Shown: one piece after another, positions 61,010 through 64,000 of the stretch
Numbering within the stretch: position 1 is the first letter of the stretch
How the letters are laid out: every line of letters starts with the position of its first letter
Assembly: GCA_040384565.1 (NCBI GenBank)
Contig: JAZKJC010000005.1
Location: 12,796 to 76,795, forward strand
Direction of reading: 5' to 3'
DNA length: 64,000 nt
From: Patescibacteria group bacterium
GTDB lineage: Bacteria; Patescibacteriota; Saccharimonadia; Saccharimonadales; JAZKJC01
Translations under genes and position numbers: made by a program
Notes under the pieces: model-generated
Databases searched by the model: none
Told to the model about the DNA's origin: nothing
Seen by the model: the letters and a program-made list of their open reading frames with translations, nothing else

Positions 61010-61423
61010 CTAACTTCCTTTCATTGATTGTTTTATTCGTTTATAACGGTCGCGATTGCCCAGCAGAAATGTGATGCCAGTGAACACTGCGAACAAACCC
61101 AGGGATATCATCCAGAGTGCACTGTGACGTTGTAGCCAGAAAGCGCCCAGGAGAACTAGTGGTGGTGCGAGAATATCGTAAGCTAACTGAATCTTTGGGT
61201 TTTTGACAAAGATGTAATCACCTAGTTTATCCGCGTGCTTTTTCAGTAAGTCTATGTAACGTTTGGCCCAGGCGTGGTGAACAGCCAGTAACGTCAGACT
61301 CAGAATTAATAGCGGTATTCCACCCGGTCCGGGTAAAGGGCTGGTAAGCGCAGCCAGTATCATAAGTACAACAGCCAGCGCATCAAATATTATAACTTTC
61401 CAAAATCGCATAACACGTCGCAT
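61010..61423 (-). CDS. small PGPGW-type membrane protein
   Basis: 137 aa with about 4 TM helices and an SPLPGPGGIPLL motif. Confidence 0.55.
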   Translation of the reverse strand: MRRVMRFWKVIIFDALAVVLMILAALTSPLPGPGGIPLLILSLTLLAVHHAWAKRYIDLLKKHADKLGDYIFVKNPKIQLAYDILAPPLVLLGAFWLQRHSALWMISLGLFAVFTGITFLLGNRDRYKRIKQSMKGS

Positions 61424-61474
61424 GTAGATAAGTATACGGTACCAGGCAAACTACTGGCATTTTACTCTGTTTTT

Positions 61475-61483
61475 TGGTACAAT
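61475..61483 (+). promoter_or_regulatory. extended -10 box TGgTACAAT directing transcription into A5 and uvrA
   Basis: tggtacaat ends 1 nt before the left end of A5. The predicted start site falls in the A5 terminal repeat. Confidence 0.45.
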
Positions 61484-61484
61484 C

Positions 61485-61645
61485 CATTACCATGATAAAT
61501 TGCTTTTCGGGTTTTCAGGCTTGATGATTTTTGTCCCAGATCTTCCAGAATTTGCGGAGCATATCTGGATATGTGTAGCAAATTATGGAAGATCTGGGAC
61601 AAAAAGGGCAAGTCTGGAAAGCGAAAAGTAGTTTATTATGGGGAT
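61485..61645 (+). repeat. Family-A long imperfect palindrome, copy A5 (divergent interior)
   Basis: The termini cattaccatgataaattgcttttcg / cgaaaagtagtttattatggggat are conserved. The interior tttttgtcccagatcttccagaatttgc / gcaaattatggaagatctgggacaaaaa is unrelated to A1-A4 yet fully self-complementary. Confidence 0.75.
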
Positions 61646-61654
61646 CGCGTCAAC

Positions 61655-64000
61655 ATGACTGATGTTATTAGAGTACAGGGGGCGAGGGAACATAACCTCA
61701 AAAATGTGGACGTCGAAATCCCACGCAATAAGCTGGTAGTTATAACTGGTTTGTCTGGCTCTGGCAAATCAAGCCTAGCGTTTGACACCATTTATGCCGA
61801 AGGTCAACGCCGCTACGTGGAGAGTTTAAGCGCCTACGCCCGGCAATTCCTTGGACTGATGGAAAAGCCAGACGTTGATCTAATCGATGGCTTGAGCCCA
61901 GCGATTTCTATTGACCAAAAGTCTACTAGCCGTAATCCACGCAGTACCGTTGCTACCGTCACGGAAATATATGATTATTTACGCCTACTATTCGCTCGTA
62001 TTGGGGTACCGCACTGCCCGCTTTGCGACAAGCCAGTTACGCGCCAAACCTCGAATGCCATAGTCGACCAAGTTGTTGCTTTACCTAATGGTGCCCGGCT
62101 AATGGTATTGTCCCCTGTCGTTGAAGATAAAAAAGGTGCCTTTGAACACATCCCGGAACAATACATGCGCGCTGGTTTTGCCCGCGCCCGAGTCGATAGC
62201 GTGGTCTACTCATTAGACGAATTCCCAGAACTCGACAAAAATTACAAACATAGCATTGAAATAGTGGTAGACCGGGTAGTCAATGATGAAACTAGCCGGG
62301 GCAGGCTAGTCCAAAGCATCGAGCAAGCCTTGGCGCTCGCCGATGGAAAACTCAAAGTATTAGACGTTGATAATAGCAGGGAACACACCTATTCACTTAT
62401 GTATGCCTGCGTGGATCACCCTGACGTAGGTATTCCGGAGCTAGAACCGCGTACCTTTAGTTTTAACAGTCCGCATGGTGCCTGTCCGGTTTGCACGGGG
62501 CTTGGATCACGGCTAGAAGTTGACCCAGAGTTAGTTATTCCCAACGGACGGCTTACAATTGCCGAAGGCGCCATCAGGCCGTTTAACCGCGTTAATTCAG
62601 ACGCTTGGTATACCAAAAAAATGCAAGCTGTTGCTGACAAATATAACTTTTCCTTGCAGCAGCCAACCAGCGAACTAAGTAAAGAAAACATTAACAGAAT
62701 TTTGTATGGTACTGGTAGCGAAACTTATAAGATTTCACTTGGAATTGGCCGGACTTTTCAAACAACCTATGAGGGCGTAATCCCTAATCTTGAGCGTCGT
62801 CACAAAGAGACCGAGAGTGATTTTATGCGCCGTGACATAGAGCGTTTCATGCGCGAACGGCCTTGCCACGAATGCAAAGGCCGACGTCTTAAGCCAGAAG
62901 TATTAGCGATTAGAGTTGCCTATCACTCCATTATGGACATTTGCGAACTGTCCATTGACGAAGCCATAGATTATTTTAAGAACCTGAAACTTAACGATAG
63001 GGATTCACAAATTGGTTACCAGGTTATTAAGGAGATAAATGCCCGTCTTAAGTTTATGCAGGACGTTGGACTTAATTATCTTAATTTGTTGCGGAGCGCG
63101 GTGACTTTATCTGGTGGTGAGGCACAGCGCATCAGACTTGCTACCCAGATCGGTTCGGGCTTGCAAGGCGTTTTGTATGTTTTAGATGAACCAAGTATAG
63201 GCTTGCATCAGCGCGATAACGCTCGGCTGATTAAGACATTAAAACATCTGAGAGATATTGGTAATACGGTAATAGTGGTTGAGCACGACGAAGAGACGAT
63301 CCGTACAGCCGACTATTTGCTTGATATAGGGCCGGGCGCCGGAATCCACGGTGGTGAGGTGGTTGCCGCTGGTACACCAGAAGAAGTTGCTCATAATTCA
63401 AAAAGTATTACTGGCGAATACTTAATTGGTAAAAAGCAGATTGCAGTTCCTAAAAAGCGCCGGGCTGGTAACGGTAAAAGTTTAGTCATAAAAGGCGCAC
63501 GCGAAAACAACCTCAAAAATATTACAGTGGAGATTCCTCTGGGCAAGTTAGTAGTTGTAAGCGGTGTATCGGGCTCCGGCAAATCAAGCCTAATCAACGA
63601 TATTTTGGCCAAAGAACTTTCGGCTAGACTGATGCGTGCCAATGAAGTACCCGGTGCGCATGATGACATTGAGGGCATCAAAGAACTCGATAAGGCAATT
63701 GTGATTGACCAGTCACCGATTGGCCGTACCCCGCGTTCTAACCCAGCGACGTATACCGGCTTGTTTATGCCTATTCGAGAACTATTTTCGAGTGTACCTG
63801 AAGCAAAGTTGCGTGGCTACAACCCGGGACGATTTAGCTTTAATGTACGTGGTGGCCGCTGTGAAAACTGCTCCGGTGATGGCATCATCAAAATTGAGAT
63901 GCATTTTTTGCCAGATGTGTATGTTCCTTGTGAAGTGTGTCACGGTAAGCGTTATAACCGCGAAGCCTTAGAAATACACTACAAAGGCAAAGCCATCAGC
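61655..64000 (+). CDS. uvrA: excinuclease ABC subunit A, 3' end cut by window edge
   Basis: It is not in the ORF track because no stop occurs in the window. ATG 61655 gives [18 protein letters not shown]...[28 protein letters not shown]. CPxC zinc-finger pairs and a second Walker [11 protein letters not shown] are present, and the frame is open for 782 codons. Confidence 0.9.
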   Translation, partial: MTDVIRVQGAREHNLKNVDVEIPRNKLVVITGLSGSGKSSLAFDTIYAEGQRRYVESLSAYARQFLGLMEKPDVDLIDGLSPAISIDQKSTSRNPRSTVATVTEIYDYLRLLFARIGVPHCPLCDKPVTRQTSNAIVDQVVALPNGARLMVLSPVVEDKKGAFEHIPEQYMRAGFARARVDSVVYSLDEFPELDKNYKHSIEIVVDRVVNDETSRGRLVQSIEQALALADGKLKVLDVDNSREHTYSLMYACVDHPDVGIPELEPRTFSFNSPHGACPVCTGLGSRLEVDPELVIPNGRLTIAEGAIRPFNRVNSDAWYTKKMQAVADKYNFSLQQPTSELSKENINRILYGTGSETYKISLGIGRTFQTTYEGVIPNLERRHKETESDFMRRDIERFMRERPCHECKGRRLKPEVLAIRVAYHSIMDICELSIDEAIDYFKNLKLNDRDSQIGYQVIKEINARLKFMQDVGLNYLNLLRSAVTLSGGEAQRIRLATQIGSGLQGVLYVLDEPSIGLHQRDNARLIKTLKHLRDIGNTVIVVEHDEETIRTADYLLDIGPGAGIHGGEVVAAGTPEEVAHNSKSITGEYLIGKKQIAVPKKRRAGNGKSLVIKGARENNLKNITVEIPLGKLVVVSGVSGSGKSSLINDILAKELSARLMRANEVPGAHDDIEGIKELDKAIVIDQSPIGRTPRSNPATYTGLFMPIRELFSSVPEAKLRGYNPGRFSFNVRGGRCENCSGDGIIKIEMHFLPDVYVPCEVCHGKRYNREALEIHYKGKAIS

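Overview
Gene-dense chromosomal window, mostly plus-strand, with about 63 protein-coding genes, one tmRNA, and no rRNA, tRNA, CRISPR array or transposase that I could find. The gene content is pyk-pgk-tpiA, an RpfB-like wall hydrolase, trehalase, four Nudix genes, F1-type ATPase genes, many secreted hypotheticals and no biosynthetic operons. This looks like a reduced-genome Patescibacteria/Saccharibacteria-type bacterium, but that lineage call is inference only. Eight things deserve a second look. (1) A nine-gene block of secreted or membrane-anchored proteins (32.3-42.5 kb) resembles an usher-less fimbrial or Csc/WxL-type surface complex. (2) The ATP-synthase operon shows no a or c subunit gene here. 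The atpE position is instead held by a 334-aa protein whose C-terminal hairpin looks like a c subunit without the ion-binding carboxylate. (3) There are two families of ~160-nt long-hairpin elements: A with five copies and B with two. They show strand-specific G:U pairing and compensatory changes, and two near-identical inverted A copies bracket the surface block. (4) A heptamer-built palindromic element (GAGCAAT / CACTGCT) sits in-frame inside mnmA and forms a 40-codon mini-ORF between ftsA and the next gene. Its substitutions fall exactly where in-frame TGA codons would otherwise arise. (5) Tandem heptamer arrays are common in intergenic spacers. (6) A minus-strand operon (PGPGW membrane protein, alpha/beta hydrolase, AcpS, acyl-AMP ligase-ACP-acyltransferase fusion) looks like a fatty-acid/lipid salvage module. 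(7) Many genes have TGnTAnnnT boxes 6-11 nt before the start codon, suggesting leaderless mRNAs. (8) There is a small gene-decay zone with a frameshifted YciI-like gene and an SDR fragment. All homology calls are by-eye motif recognition, since no searches could be run.
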